Notes under the pieces: generated by a model
What the model was told of the DNA's origin: nothing
The model's input: only the letters and a program-made list of their open reading frames with translations
Database searches by the model: none
Part shown: positions 26,921 to 35,316 of the stretch, in pieces
How the letters are laid out: the number at the start of each line of letters is the position of its first letter
How positions within the stretch are numbered: the stretch's first letter is position 1
From: an uncultured archaeon
Lineage (GTDB): Archaea > Iainarchaeota > Iainarchaeia > Iainarchaeales > GCA-2688035
Length of the DNA stretch: 43,382 bases
Direction: 5' to 3'
Assembly (NCBI GenBank): GCA_964354805.1
Contig: CAYHBD010000043.1
Location: 1-43,382, forward strand
Position numbers and translations under genes: made by a program

Positions 26921-28384
26921 ATGAAAAAGGTTACTATTAAAAAGAGTGAAACAGACGTTCTGCTTATTACACCCCCGTGCATAGAGCTTTACAGCGGCAT
27001 GAGGGGAGGCGCCCCGATTTACCCGCCCCTGGGCCTTGCTTACATAGCGGCATTGCTGCTGAAAAACAATTTTAGCGTAAAAATACTTGATGCCTTTGCA
27101 GAAAACCTCCAATGGCCGGAAATAGAGGCGCGAATAAAGGAAGCAAATCCAATGGCCGTAGGCATTACAGGCACGACATCAACTTTTCGGGAAGCAGTGC
27201 AAATTGCAAAAATTGCAAAACGGGTTTTGCCCGGCGTTAAAGTTATTGCAGGCGGAATTCACACTACTGTTCTGCCAAAATACACGCTGCAGCGCCATCC
27301 TGAAATTGACATAATAACAATCGGTGAAAGCGATTTCACAATGCTCGAATTGGCTAGGGCTTTAAAAGAAGGGAAATCCCTTAAAAAAGTCAAAGGACTT
27401 GCATTCAGGGACGGAAAAAAAATAGTTTTCACAGAACCAAGGCCGAGAATAATGGACCTTGACCAGCTGCCATTCCCCGCAAGGCATTTGCTGCCAAACG
27501 AAAAATACAGGCCGCCTTCAAAGGCGCCGATTAAATTCCCATTCACAACAGTTATGACAAGCAGGGGCTGCCCAAGCGCCTGTGTTTTCTGCGCCTCCAA
27601 GGTAATGTGGGGCAGGCTGCTGGTGCAGAGAAGCGCTGAGAACGTTTTAAGCGAAGTAGAAGATATTGTAAAAAATTACCATATAAAGCAGGTCATTTTC
27701 GCTGACGACACTTTTACGATAAACAAGCAAAGGCTCTTTAAAATTTGCGACGGCCTTGCCAAGCTGGGCATTGTCTGGGGGTGCAGCAGCAGGGTCAACA
27801 CAATTGACGAAGAGGCAATTAAAAAAATGAAAGAAAGCGGCTGCATTTGGCTTGAGTTTGGAATAGAGAGCGGCAGCCAAAGGGTGCTGGACATAATCAA
27901 AAAAGGCATTAACCTGCAACAGGCAAGAGAGGCCATAAGGCTGGCAAAAAAATATAAAATCCAAACAAGCACTGCTTTCATGATTGGAAACATCGGCGAA
28001 ACAAAAGAAGACATTGAAAAAACAATCCAATTCATGAAAGAGCTTGACAGTGATTACCTTAACCTTTCAATTCTAACGCCATACCCTGGCACAGAATCCT
28101 ATGAGCTGGCGGAAAAAAAAGGCTATTTAAAAATCGGCTTCGAGTCATACACCCAGCCAAAGTACTCAGACCCTGTCATTGAATTGCCGGGCATTTCAAC
28201 GGAAGAGCTGAAAGCGTATTGGAAAAAAGGAATGCGACAGTTCTACCTGCGGCCGAGCTTCATAATCAGGATGCTGAGGCGTAGCCTTACAGATTTTGAA
28301 GAATTCAAAAAGCTGGTCCGGACAACAAAACCATTCTTGGTGATGGTTTTTTTCAAGAAAAAAGGCAAAAGCGAAAAAAAATGA
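26921..28384 (+). CDS. Cobalamin-binding radical SAM protein (paralog 5)
   Basis: PPLGLAYIAA, GGIH, GESD, SRGCPSACVFC, GIESG, FMIGNIGE, PYPGT. Confidence 0.92.
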   Translation: MKKVTIKKSETDVLLITPPCIELYSGMRGGAPIYPPLGLAYIAALLLKNNFSVKILDAFAENLQWPEIEARIKEANPMAVGITGTTSTFREAVQIAKIAKRVLPGVKVIAGGIHTTVLPKYTLQRHPEIDIITIGESDFTMLELARALKEGKSLKKVKGLAFRDGKKIVFTEPRPRIMDLDQLPFPARHLLPNEKYRPPSKAPIKFPFTTVMTSRGCPSACVFCASKVMWGRLLVQRSAENVLSEVEDIVKNYHIKQVIFADDTFTINKQRLFKICDGLAKLGIVWGCSSRVNTIDEEAIKKMKESGCIWLEFGIESGSQRVLDIIKKGINLQQAREAIRLAKKYKIQTSTAFMIGNIGETKEDIEKTIQFMKELDSDYLNLSILTPYPGTESYELAEKKGYLKIGFESYTQPKYSDPVIELPGISTEELKAYWKKGMRQFYLRPSFIIRMLRRSLTDFEEFKKLVRTTKPFLVMVFFKKKGKSEKK

Positions 28385-28503
28385 ATTAGCAGCGGAGAAA
28401 AAGCCTTTCTTTAGAAAAGAAAGCCTTGGGAAAGAAAGAATCAATCGGGAATAAAAATGAAAACTATTTATAATCTATCCGATAAGTTATTTACTTAATT
28501 TGG

Positions 28504-29025
28504 GTGAATTGCTTGCCGCCAATAAACCAGAACATCGCGAACCCTATCGCAAAAATCTATTTCAAGTCGATTTACAAGAATGCAGTGAAAATGGCTGAAC
28601 TGAGGCCGGACGATACCTGCCTCGATTTTGGCTGCGGCAGCCAGAGCCTGCGTGCTTACATCCGCTGCAAGAACTATATCGGCTACGATATTTTGCCGGA
28701 ATTTAGCGACATCAGTGATTACCGGAAAACAAAACCGACTGTTGTGTTCGCATTGGCTGTCCTGGAGCACCTTACAGACAAGGAGATTGCAGAGTTTGCC
28801 GACTGGCTGTGCCTGGCAAAACCCAGGCGCATAGTCATCAGCATGCCGTGCGACTACTTCACAAACCGGTTTTTCAAGTTCATCACAGGCAGGGATTTCA
28901 TAAACGACATAGAGCACATCAACCACTGGAAAAACACCGGCAGGATCCTGATTAAAAAGCTGCGCCTGCTGGGCTATAAGCGGGTCTGGATGATGCAATG
29001 GATAAGCAGCTGGGAACCGCGCTGA
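28504..29025 (+). CDS. Small class I SAM-dependent methyltransferase
   Basis: LDFGCG, YIGYD, AVLEHL; TTG at 28513 after GGGTGA is a plausible true start. Confidence 0.8.
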   Translation: MNCLPPINQNIANPIAKIYFKSIYKNAVKMAELRPDDTCLDFGCGSQSLRAYIRCKNYIGYDILPEFSDISDYRKTKPTVVFALAVLEHLTDKEIAEFADWLCLAKPRRIVISMPCDYFTNRFFKFITGRDFINDIEHINHWKNTGRILIKKLRLLGYKRVWMMQWISSWEPR

Positions 29026-29038
29026 GCGCAGAAAGTGA

Positions 29039-31009
29039 TTGGAATTGCGGCATCTCTTGCAACAGCGTGAACCGCTGCTTTTTTTTGCGGCTTACTTCAT
29101 TCTCGCAAGCATTGCGACGTTCCCGCTGATTTTAAATTTCGGCACAATGATTTACGGCACGCATGGCGACCCCACGCTTGCAATCACCACCATTGACGCA
29201 CTTGCAAAAAACAATTACCTTTTCACAGGCAACAGCGTGGACAAAAGTGTTGGGGCTCCTTTTGGCACAGATGTCAAATACACTGATTTCATGCCGTTTA
29301 TAGTGTATCTGCTTGCGCCCTTATCCCTTGTTATTGGAGCTGTTGCTTCCTATAACCTGATTCAATTCCTGTCGCTGCCTTTGGCTGCATTCGCAATGTA
29401 TTTGCTGGCGAGAAAGTTCTCTTTGAGCAGGAAAGCCTCTTTCCTCGCCGGATACATCTTTTCTTTCTATCCGTTCCACCTCCAGCACACTGTCAGCACC
29501 ACACTTAACAAAAGCCAGACTTGGGCCATTCCGCTATTTGTGCTCGCTTTGATAAACTTTGACAAAAAAAAAGACGCAAAAAACGCCACTGCCCTGGCAG
29601 CGGCAGCATTTGCAACTGCATTCTTTTCATACTACCACTTCTTCTTTGCCGTGCTTTTCACAGCAATTTTCTACATCTATAAGCTGTTGTACAAGCAGCC
29701 TATTGCAAAGAAAAGCGAGATAAAGCACTTCGCAATAGCGGGTGCGGTTTTCTTCATTCTGTTCGCATGTCTGATACTGCCCATCTTGCAGAGCGCAGCT
29801 GAAGCCGGCGAAGCCAGCGCTACGTCTGTTTTCTCCAGTGAGCACTCAACTGTGCTAAAGGCAGCCATTGGCTCTGCTCCACCGGAATTCTTTGTAATTC
29901 CACCAGCTCAGCACCCGCTGTTGGGCAGCATAACCATGCCGCTGCTGAATATGCCGGGCTGGAATATTGAGTCCACAGCGCTTTACCTCGGCTTCAGCGT
30001 GCTGGCGCTTGCAGGATACGCCCTTCTCAAAGTAAAGAACGACGATAGGGTGCGCTTCCTCTTGTTCTCAAGCGTTTGCGTTTTCGTTCTAGCGACAGGG
30101 CTTTTCCTGCGCTACATCGACCTGTTTGGACTGCACATTGCTGCAGCGCCACTTGTGGTGGCAATCTATTTCCAATACACCGGAAGAAAAAAGCTGGCTG
30201 CAGGCGCTGTTGCCCTCGGCCTGCTGTTCGCGTTGCTGCCGTTGTTTTACCCTTACCTTATCCCGATTGCAATCGCGCCCGGCAAGCTGGCTACAGGCAT
30301 AAACTTCAGCGAATTTTCCGCAATGGATGTCATAGAGCATCTTGACAAATACCACTACTTTCCGATTCCAATGCCTTCGCTTGCAACATTCTACATTGCG
30401 CCATTCTTCAGGAGCTATGCCAATTTTGCGCTATGGCTCATCCTGTTCATTGCCCTCATTGCCGCAATTGGCTTTGACAAAGCATTCAGCCATTCAAAAA
30501 ACAGCAGGCTAATGTTTGCGATTGTTTTTTTGGTGCTTTTGTTTGATTATGCAAACGTTCCGCCCTGGCGCACTACAGACTTGTCGCAGGTTCCGGAGGA
30601 ATACGGCTGGCTTGCATCGCAGCAGGGCGATTTCATTGTTGCAGAGTATCCGCTTGACTATTACTCTCTTTACTCATACTACCAGCTTGTGCACGGCAAA
30701 AGGCTTTTCAACAGCCAGTATTCGCAGCAGATTGTTGAACTTGGAAAGCAGTTGTGGGACATCAGGAAAGAGGAAACAGCAGAAAAGCTATCGGAATTGG
30801 GCGTGCAATTCGTTATACTGCATGATGAAACCCTTGCCGACAGGGTGCCGCCAAATATAATCACCAGGGCAATGTTTGAAAGCTGGTATAGGGGCAAGAG
30901 GGTGGATGCTGTCCAAGAATTCCTGAAAAACAACTTAAATGGCACAAAACTGCTGCGCCCTGTTGCAAGATTCAGCCATGCCACAATATTTGAGGTTGTA
31001 AAAGAATAG
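29039..31009 (+). CDS. Large polytopic membrane protein, YfhO/GT-C-like
   Basis: HGDP loop, YNL, AMYLLAR, AGYIFSFYPFH, YYHF, LYLG, and a C-terminal EYP...YQLVHGKRLFN...LGVQFVILH, as in YfhO-like GT-C proteins. Confidence 0.7.
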   Translation: MELRHLLQQREPLLFFAAYFILASIATFPLILNFGTMIYGTHGDPTLAITTIDALAKNNYLFTGNSVDKSVGAPFGTDVKYTDFMPFIVYLLAPLSLVIGAVASYNLIQFLSLPLAAFAMYLLARKFSLSRKASFLAGYIFSFYPFHLQHTVSTTLNKSQTWAIPLFVLALINFDKKKDAKNATALAAAAFATAFFSYYHFFFAVLFTAIFYIYKLLYKQPIAKKSEIKHFAIAGAVFFILFACLILPILQSAAEAGEASATSVFSSEHSTVLKAAIGSAPPEFFVIPPAQHPLLGSITMPLLNMPGWNIESTALYLGFSVLALAGYALLKVKNDDRVRFLLFSSVCVFVLATGLFLRYIDLFGLHIAAAPLVVAIYFQYTGRKKLAAGAVALGLLFALLPLFYPYLIPIAIAPGKLATGINFSEFSAMDVIEHLDKYHYFPIPMPSLATFYIAPFFRSYANFALWLILFIALIAAIGFDKAFSHSKNSRLMFAIVFLVLLFDYANVPPWRTTDLSQVPEEYGWLASQQGDFIVAEYPLDYYSLYSYYQLVHGKRLFNSQYSQQIVELGKQLWDIRKEETAEKLSELGVQFVILHDETLADRVPPNIITRAMFESWYRGKRVDAVQEFLKNNLNGTKLLRPVARFSHATIFEVVKE

Positions 31010-31045
31010 AATGCGTTGTTAACCCTTTACCTTGGAGTTATTGAA

Positions 31046-31987
31046 TCAATGCCCCTTAAACCGCTTTATTGTTTTAAGCAACCCTTGCTGCAGTGAAACC
31101 TTTGGTTTCCACTTCAGTTGCTGTTGCGCAAGTTGTATGCAAGGCTTCCTTTTCTCAGGGTCGTCTTGCAATGCTGGCTTGAAAACAATGGCAGAACTGC
31201 TTTCGGATAATTTTTTAATCAATTGCGCAAGCTGCAAAACAGTTATTTCATGGGGATTCCCCAAATTCACCGGCATATTGTAGTTGCTTTCCATCAGCCT
31301 AACAAGTCCGGCAACAAGGTCTGTTACAAAGCAAAAGGACCTCGTCTGTTCGCCGTTTCCAAAAACAGTCAAAGGTTGCTGCAACAAGGCTGCATTGATG
31401 AAGGATGGAACAGCCCTGCCATCATCTTTTCTCATCCTCGGCCCAAATGTGTTGAAAATCCTCGCAATCCTTGTTTGGGCATTGAATTTTCTATTATAGG
31501 TCATTACCAATGCCTCAGCAAAACGCTTGCCCTCGTCATAGCAGCCCCTTGCACCGATTGGATTAACATTCCCCAGATAAGTTTCTCTCTGCGGGTGCTG
31601 CAATGGGTCGCCATAAACCTCGCTTGTTGAGGCCTGCAAAAAAATTGCATTCTTTTCAACAGCAAGGTCAAGCATGTTTTTTACGCCAACGCTGTTCGCC
31701 AACAAAATCTGCAAAGGAATTTTTGCGAAATCAGCAGGCGAAGCAGGACTGGCCAAATTATACACTTGGTCAATGCTTTCATCAAGTTTAAGTGGCTTTG
31801 TTATGTCATGCTCAATCAAGGAGAAGTTTTTTTCAGCAACCAAATGGCGGATATTTTCTTTTCTGCCTGTGACAAAATTGTCAACGCAAACTACTTTGTT
31901 TCCCTCTTTCAGCAGGGTTTCGCACAAATGGCTGCCGATGAAGCCAGCTCCGCCTGTTACAACAATGCTTAAACCACTGCTTTTCAT
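31046..31987 (-). CDS. uxs: UDP-glucuronate decarboxylase (UDP-xylose synthase)
   Basis: [67 protein letters not shown]. Confidence 0.9.
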   Translation of the reverse strand: MKSSGLSIVVTGGAGFIGSHLCETLLKEGNKVVCVDNFVTGRKENIRHLVAEKNFSLIEHDITKPLKLDESIDQVYNLASPASPADFAKIPLQILLANSVGVKNMLDLAVEKNAIFLQASTSEVYGDPLQHPQRETYLGNVNPIGARGCYDEGKRFAEALVMTYNRKFNAQTRIARIFNTFGPRMRKDDGRAVPSFINAALLQQPLTVFGNGEQTRSFCFVTDLVAGLVRLMESNYNMPVNLGNPHEITVLQLAQLIKKLSESSSAIVFKPALQDDPEKRKPCIQLAQQQLKWKPKVSLQQGLLKTIKRFKGH

Positions 31988-32059
31988 TTAATCGCCGGAA
32001 AAAATTGAACAAATAAAGTAATAATCGGTTTAGCTTTTAAAACGTTAATTTGCCTCGCT

Positions 32060-32794
32060 TCAAGGCACAAATTGTTTTCTCGCTCTCTCAAGCGCTGCAG
32101 GCCATCCAATGTCAAACCATTTTTCAAAATAAGTGTAGCCATACACAACGCTGTTTTCAATCAGCCAAATCATGAAATAACCCATTTTGTCAGCATTGTT
32201 CCCTTCAGCAATAAAGCGGTGCAATAATCGCACCTTTTCTCGCGGAAAGAAGTAAATTCCAAGCGAGGTAAGCGTGCTCTTCGGATTTGGGTCTTTCTCC
32301 TGGAACAAAACGAATTTTCCGCCCTTGCCAACAACAGCAATGCCCTGCTCCCTTGCAACCTCCATGCTTTTGCTGTCCCACAACGCATTCACAATTGCCC
32401 TCTTTTTCTTAAAGAAATTGAATACAGGCAGCAGGCCGAAATTGTACAAATTGTCTCCGGCAACAACAAGCAGGTCATCGTCAATCTTTTCCCTTTCAAC
32501 CACAAGCTGTATGTCCCCAACCTGGCCGAGCCTGTCATCGTTGCTTGTTGTGCCGTCATTCAAAATTTTTATCTGCAGTCTTGATTTGAAACCTTTAATC
32601 CACTCGCTGAAATTTTTGAAAAACCTTGCATTTGTAACAATAAAAACCCGCTCAACACCAGGCAACTGCTCAATCCTGTGAACAATGTGTTCAATGATTG
32701 GCTTTCCCTTAACATCAAGCAGCGCCTTTGGCTTATCCTTAGTCAAAGGATAAAGCCTTGTTGCATAGCCGGCCGCCGGAATAATTACCTGCAT
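32060..32794 (-). CDS. Sugar-1-phosphate nucleotidyltransferase
   Basis: AAGYATRLYPLT..PKALL, AGDN, WFDIG. Confidence 0.9.
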   Translation of the reverse strand: MQVIIPAAGYATRLYPLTKDKPKALLDVKGKPIIEHIVHRIEQLPGVERVFIVTNARFFKNFSEWIKGFKSRLQIKILNDGTTSNDDRLGQVGDIQLVVEREKIDDDLLVVAGDNLYNFGLLPVFNFFKKKRAIVNALWDSKSMEVAREQGIAVVGKGGKFVLFQEKDPNPKSTLTSLGIYFFPREKVRLLHRFIAEGNNADKMGYFMIWLIENSVVYGYTYFEKWFDIGWPAALERARKQFVP

Positions 32795-32799
32795 CTAAA

Positions 32800-32859
32800 T
32801 CAACCTAGTTTATGGAAATTTTTTGCAGCAAAAGCAGCTGCCGGAATAATTACCTCCAA
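32800..32859 (-). repeat. Decayed upstream duplicate of the nucleotidyltransferase 5' end
   Basis: (TTG)EVIIPAAAFAAKNFHKLG* versus gene MQVIIPAAGYATRLYPLT; shared aggtaattattccggc; offset 65 nt. Confidence 0.85.
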
Positions 32860-32892
32860 AAAGCATTACTCCAAACAACAATTGCTTTTGCT

Positions 32893-34200
32893 TTACAGCC
32901 TTCCGATGCTAACGTAATTGAAGCCAAGCTGCCTGAGCTTGGCCGGGTCAAAAATATTCCTCCCGTCGCACACAACAGGCTGTTTCATCAATTCCTTCAC
33001 TTTATTGAAATCAATTTTTTTGAACACGCCCCATTCCGTCAGAAAAAGCAGTGCATCAGCATCTTTTGCAACCTCATACATATCATTGCAGTATTCAATG
33101 CCTGGCAGGATTGCTCTTGCCCTCTCCATTGCCTCAGGGTCAAATGCCTTGACCTTTGCACCTTCTTTCAGCAACTCATTGACTATGTCAATGCTGGGCG
33201 CAAAACGCATGTCATCAGTGTCGGGCTTAAAAGCCAAACCCAAAACACCGATTGTTTTCCCGTTCAGAACCCACAAAATGTCCTCAACCTTTTTTACAAA
33301 CAAGCGCCTCTGCTGCTGGTTTATTTTCTGCACCTCTTTCAGCAAAGCAAAGTCATAGCCGCTTCTTTCCGCAATCCAAATGAATGCATCAACGTCTTTC
33401 GGGAAGCAGAAGCCGCCATAACCAAGGCCTGCATTCAAAAAGCTGGGTCCGATCCTTTTATCCAGGCCCATTCCCAAAGCAACTTCCTGCACGTTTGCAC
33501 CAGTCTTCTCGCAGATGTTCGCAATTGCGTTAATGAAGCTTATTTTCGCCGCGAGAAAGCTGTTTGAAGCATGCTTAATTATCTCTGCGCTTTTAATATC
33601 AGTAAAAACAATCCTTGCTTTCAGCGGCGCATAAAGTTTTTGCATAACAACACGGGCCTCTTCGCTGTTCGTGCCAATAACAATCCTGTCAGGGAACAAA
33701 AAGTCTTCAACTGCGCTGCCCTCCCGCAAAAACTCAGGATTGCTCACAACCATGTGCTGAATGCATTTCCCGGCTTTGGCGTGAGCATTGCTGCAATGCA
33801 GAATCTGCTCAATCCTCTCGCCTGTAAGCACAGGCACAGTGCTTTTCTCGACAACAATCTTTGGCTCGGTTGCGATTGCGGCAATGCCCCTGGCAACATT
33901 TTCCACAAAGCTTAAGTCAGCGCCGCCATCCTGCCTCGGCGGTGTTCCGACTGCAATGAAAATCGCTTCACAATGCTGCACTGCTTCCCTGAAATCCGAG
34001 GTGAAACGCAGCCTTCCGGCCTTTGCGTTCTTTTTAATCAGCTCCGGCAATCCGGGCTCAAAAATCGGGCAATTGCCGCTGTTCAACACCTTAATTTTTT
34101 TCTCATCAATGTCCTGGCAGACAACATCGTGGCCCATGTCAGCAAAGCAGCCTGCGGCAACCAGGCCGACATAGCCCGCCCCTATAACGCTGATTTTCAT
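32893..34200 (-). CDS. ugd: UDP-glucose 6-dehydrogenase
   Basis: GAGYVG, AVGTP, KSTVP, SNPEFLREG, KHASNSFLAAKISFIN, GYGGFCFPKD, FKPDTDDMR. Start MKISVIG at 34200; the track start is 34245. Confidence 0.95.
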   Translation of the reverse strand: MKISVIGAGYVGLVAAGCFADMGHDVVCQDIDEKKIKVLNSGNCPIFEPGLPELIKKNAKAGRLRFTSDFREAVQHCEAIFIAVGTPPRQDGGADLSFVENVARGIAAIATEPKIVVEKSTVPVLTGERIEQILHCSNAHAKAGKCIQHMVVSNPEFLREGSAVEDFLFPDRIVIGTNSEEARVVMQKLYAPLKARIVFTDIKSAEIIKHASNSFLAAKISFINAIANICEKTGANVQEVALGMGLDKRIGPSFLNAGLGYGGFCFPKDVDAFIWIAERSGYDFALLKEVQKINQQQRRLFVKKVEDILWVLNGKTIGVLGLAFKPDTDDMRFAPSIDIVNELLKEGAKVKAFDPEAMERARAILPGIEYCNDMYEVAKDADALLFLTEWGVFKKIDFNKVKELMKQPVVCDGRNIFDPAKLRQLGFNYVSIGRL

Positions 34201-34304
34201 TTGCCGCACCGTAAACCATTCTGAATTTAAAATTAAATCCTGCACCAGCCCTGTTTAATGGCCGATGCAAAAAGGCAATCCGGAATTAAATTGGGACAGA
34301 AGCC

Positions 34305-34348
34305 TTTAAATATATTACTAATTCATATAATGTATGAAAAGGTATGAA
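34305..34348 (+). promoter_or_regulatory. TATA box plus candidate RHH operator
   Basis: TTTAAATA 34305-34312; TCATAT 34323-34328; GTATGA 34332-34337 and 34342-34347. Confidence 0.55.
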
Positions 34349-34388
34349 TAGAGGCAGGGGCAATCAGCACAATTAGAGGTGAAGTTGC
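34344..34388 (+). repeat. Decayed upstream duplicate (45 nt) of the RHH gene 5' end, carrying the SD
   Basis: atg aat aga ggc agg ... aca att aga versus gene atg aac agg ggc agg ... aca atc agg; ends in GAGGTGA just before ATG 34389. Confidence 0.8.
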
Positions 34389-35204
34389 ATGAACAGGGGC
34401 AGGGTAACTATTACAATCAGGAATGACCTGCTGCAGCAGGTTGACAGGCTGGTTGACGGATTGAACATCAGGAGCAGAAGCCAGGCTGTCGAATTTTTGC
34501 TGAGCAAGTTTTTGTCTGATTACAGGGTAAGGGATGCATTGATTCTTGCAGGCGGCAGAAAGCGGGACATAATATTGCAGGGCAGGGCAAAATTTTTGGC
34601 TGACATAAACGGAAAAGCCCTGCTGCAAAGGGTCATGGACCAGATGAGCGGATTCCGGATAAACAATTTCATTGTCTATGTTGACAGCGAAGCAGAGCAG
34701 ATAATGCAGGCAGTGCAAAGAAGCAGCCTGCCTTATAATGTGGATTTCATTGCCGGAAAAAAGCCGAGCGGAACAGTGCAGCCACTGCTGTTGGCTAAAA
34801 GCAGGTTAAGCGACACCTTTCTTGCAGCATACGGCGATACTATAACAAACCTTAACCTGAATGACATGCTTTCTTTCCACAGGAAAAACGGCAGCATTGC
34901 AACAATTGCCCTTACAACAGTGAGCAACCCAAGGCAGTATGGGGTGGCGGTTCTGCAGGGCAACAAAATTGTCGAGTTCGAGCAGAAGCCAAAGCGGGAA
35001 GCCCACAGCTTTTTGATCAATGCAGGGATTTTTTTGTTTGAGCCTGAAATTTTCAAATACATCGGAAGAAAAATGCATGACTTGGAGAAAGAGCTTTTCC
35101 CGCACCTGGCTGAAAAAGGCCTTCTGTACGGCTACCCGTTCCAGGGAATTTACCTGAACGTGAACACTAAAGCGGACCTGGATAAAGCAAGGGCGCTACT
35201 GTAA
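34389..35204 (+). CDS. Ribbon-helix-helix (NikR/CopG-type) domain fused to a degenerate sugar nucleotidyltransferase domain
   Basis: N-terminus RVTITIRNDLLQQVD...RSRSQAVEFLL; then LILAGG, YGD, QYGV, EFEQKP, INAGIFLFEP; the GxGTR loop is absent. Confidence 0.85.
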   Translation: MNRGRVTITIRNDLLQQVDRLVDGLNIRSRSQAVEFLLSKFLSDYRVRDALILAGGRKRDIILQGRAKFLADINGKALLQRVMDQMSGFRINNFIVYVDSEAEQIMQAVQRSSLPYNVDFIAGKKPSGTVQPLLLAKSRLSDTFLAAYGDTITNLNLNDMLSFHRKNGSIATIALTTVSNPRQYGVAVLQGNKIVEFEQKPKREAHSFLINAGIFLFEPEIFKYIGRKMHDLEKELFPHLAEKGLLYGYPFQGIYLNVNTKADLDKARALL

Positions 35205-35316
35205 AAAAATTGTTCTTTCAAAACTTAAATTATTCTAATAAGCTTAAAATCCTTAAACTTCCTTTAAATCCCCCAGCAACACTTTTATTAATCTCAAACG
35301 CAATTACTACTATCGC

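Noticed and set aside
34201-34300. Possible further decayed start or stop duplicates (upstream of ugd; also 3500-3540, 18028-18076, 21813-21865, 40052-40090)
   Set aside because: Similarity is too weak to distinguish from chance by eye.
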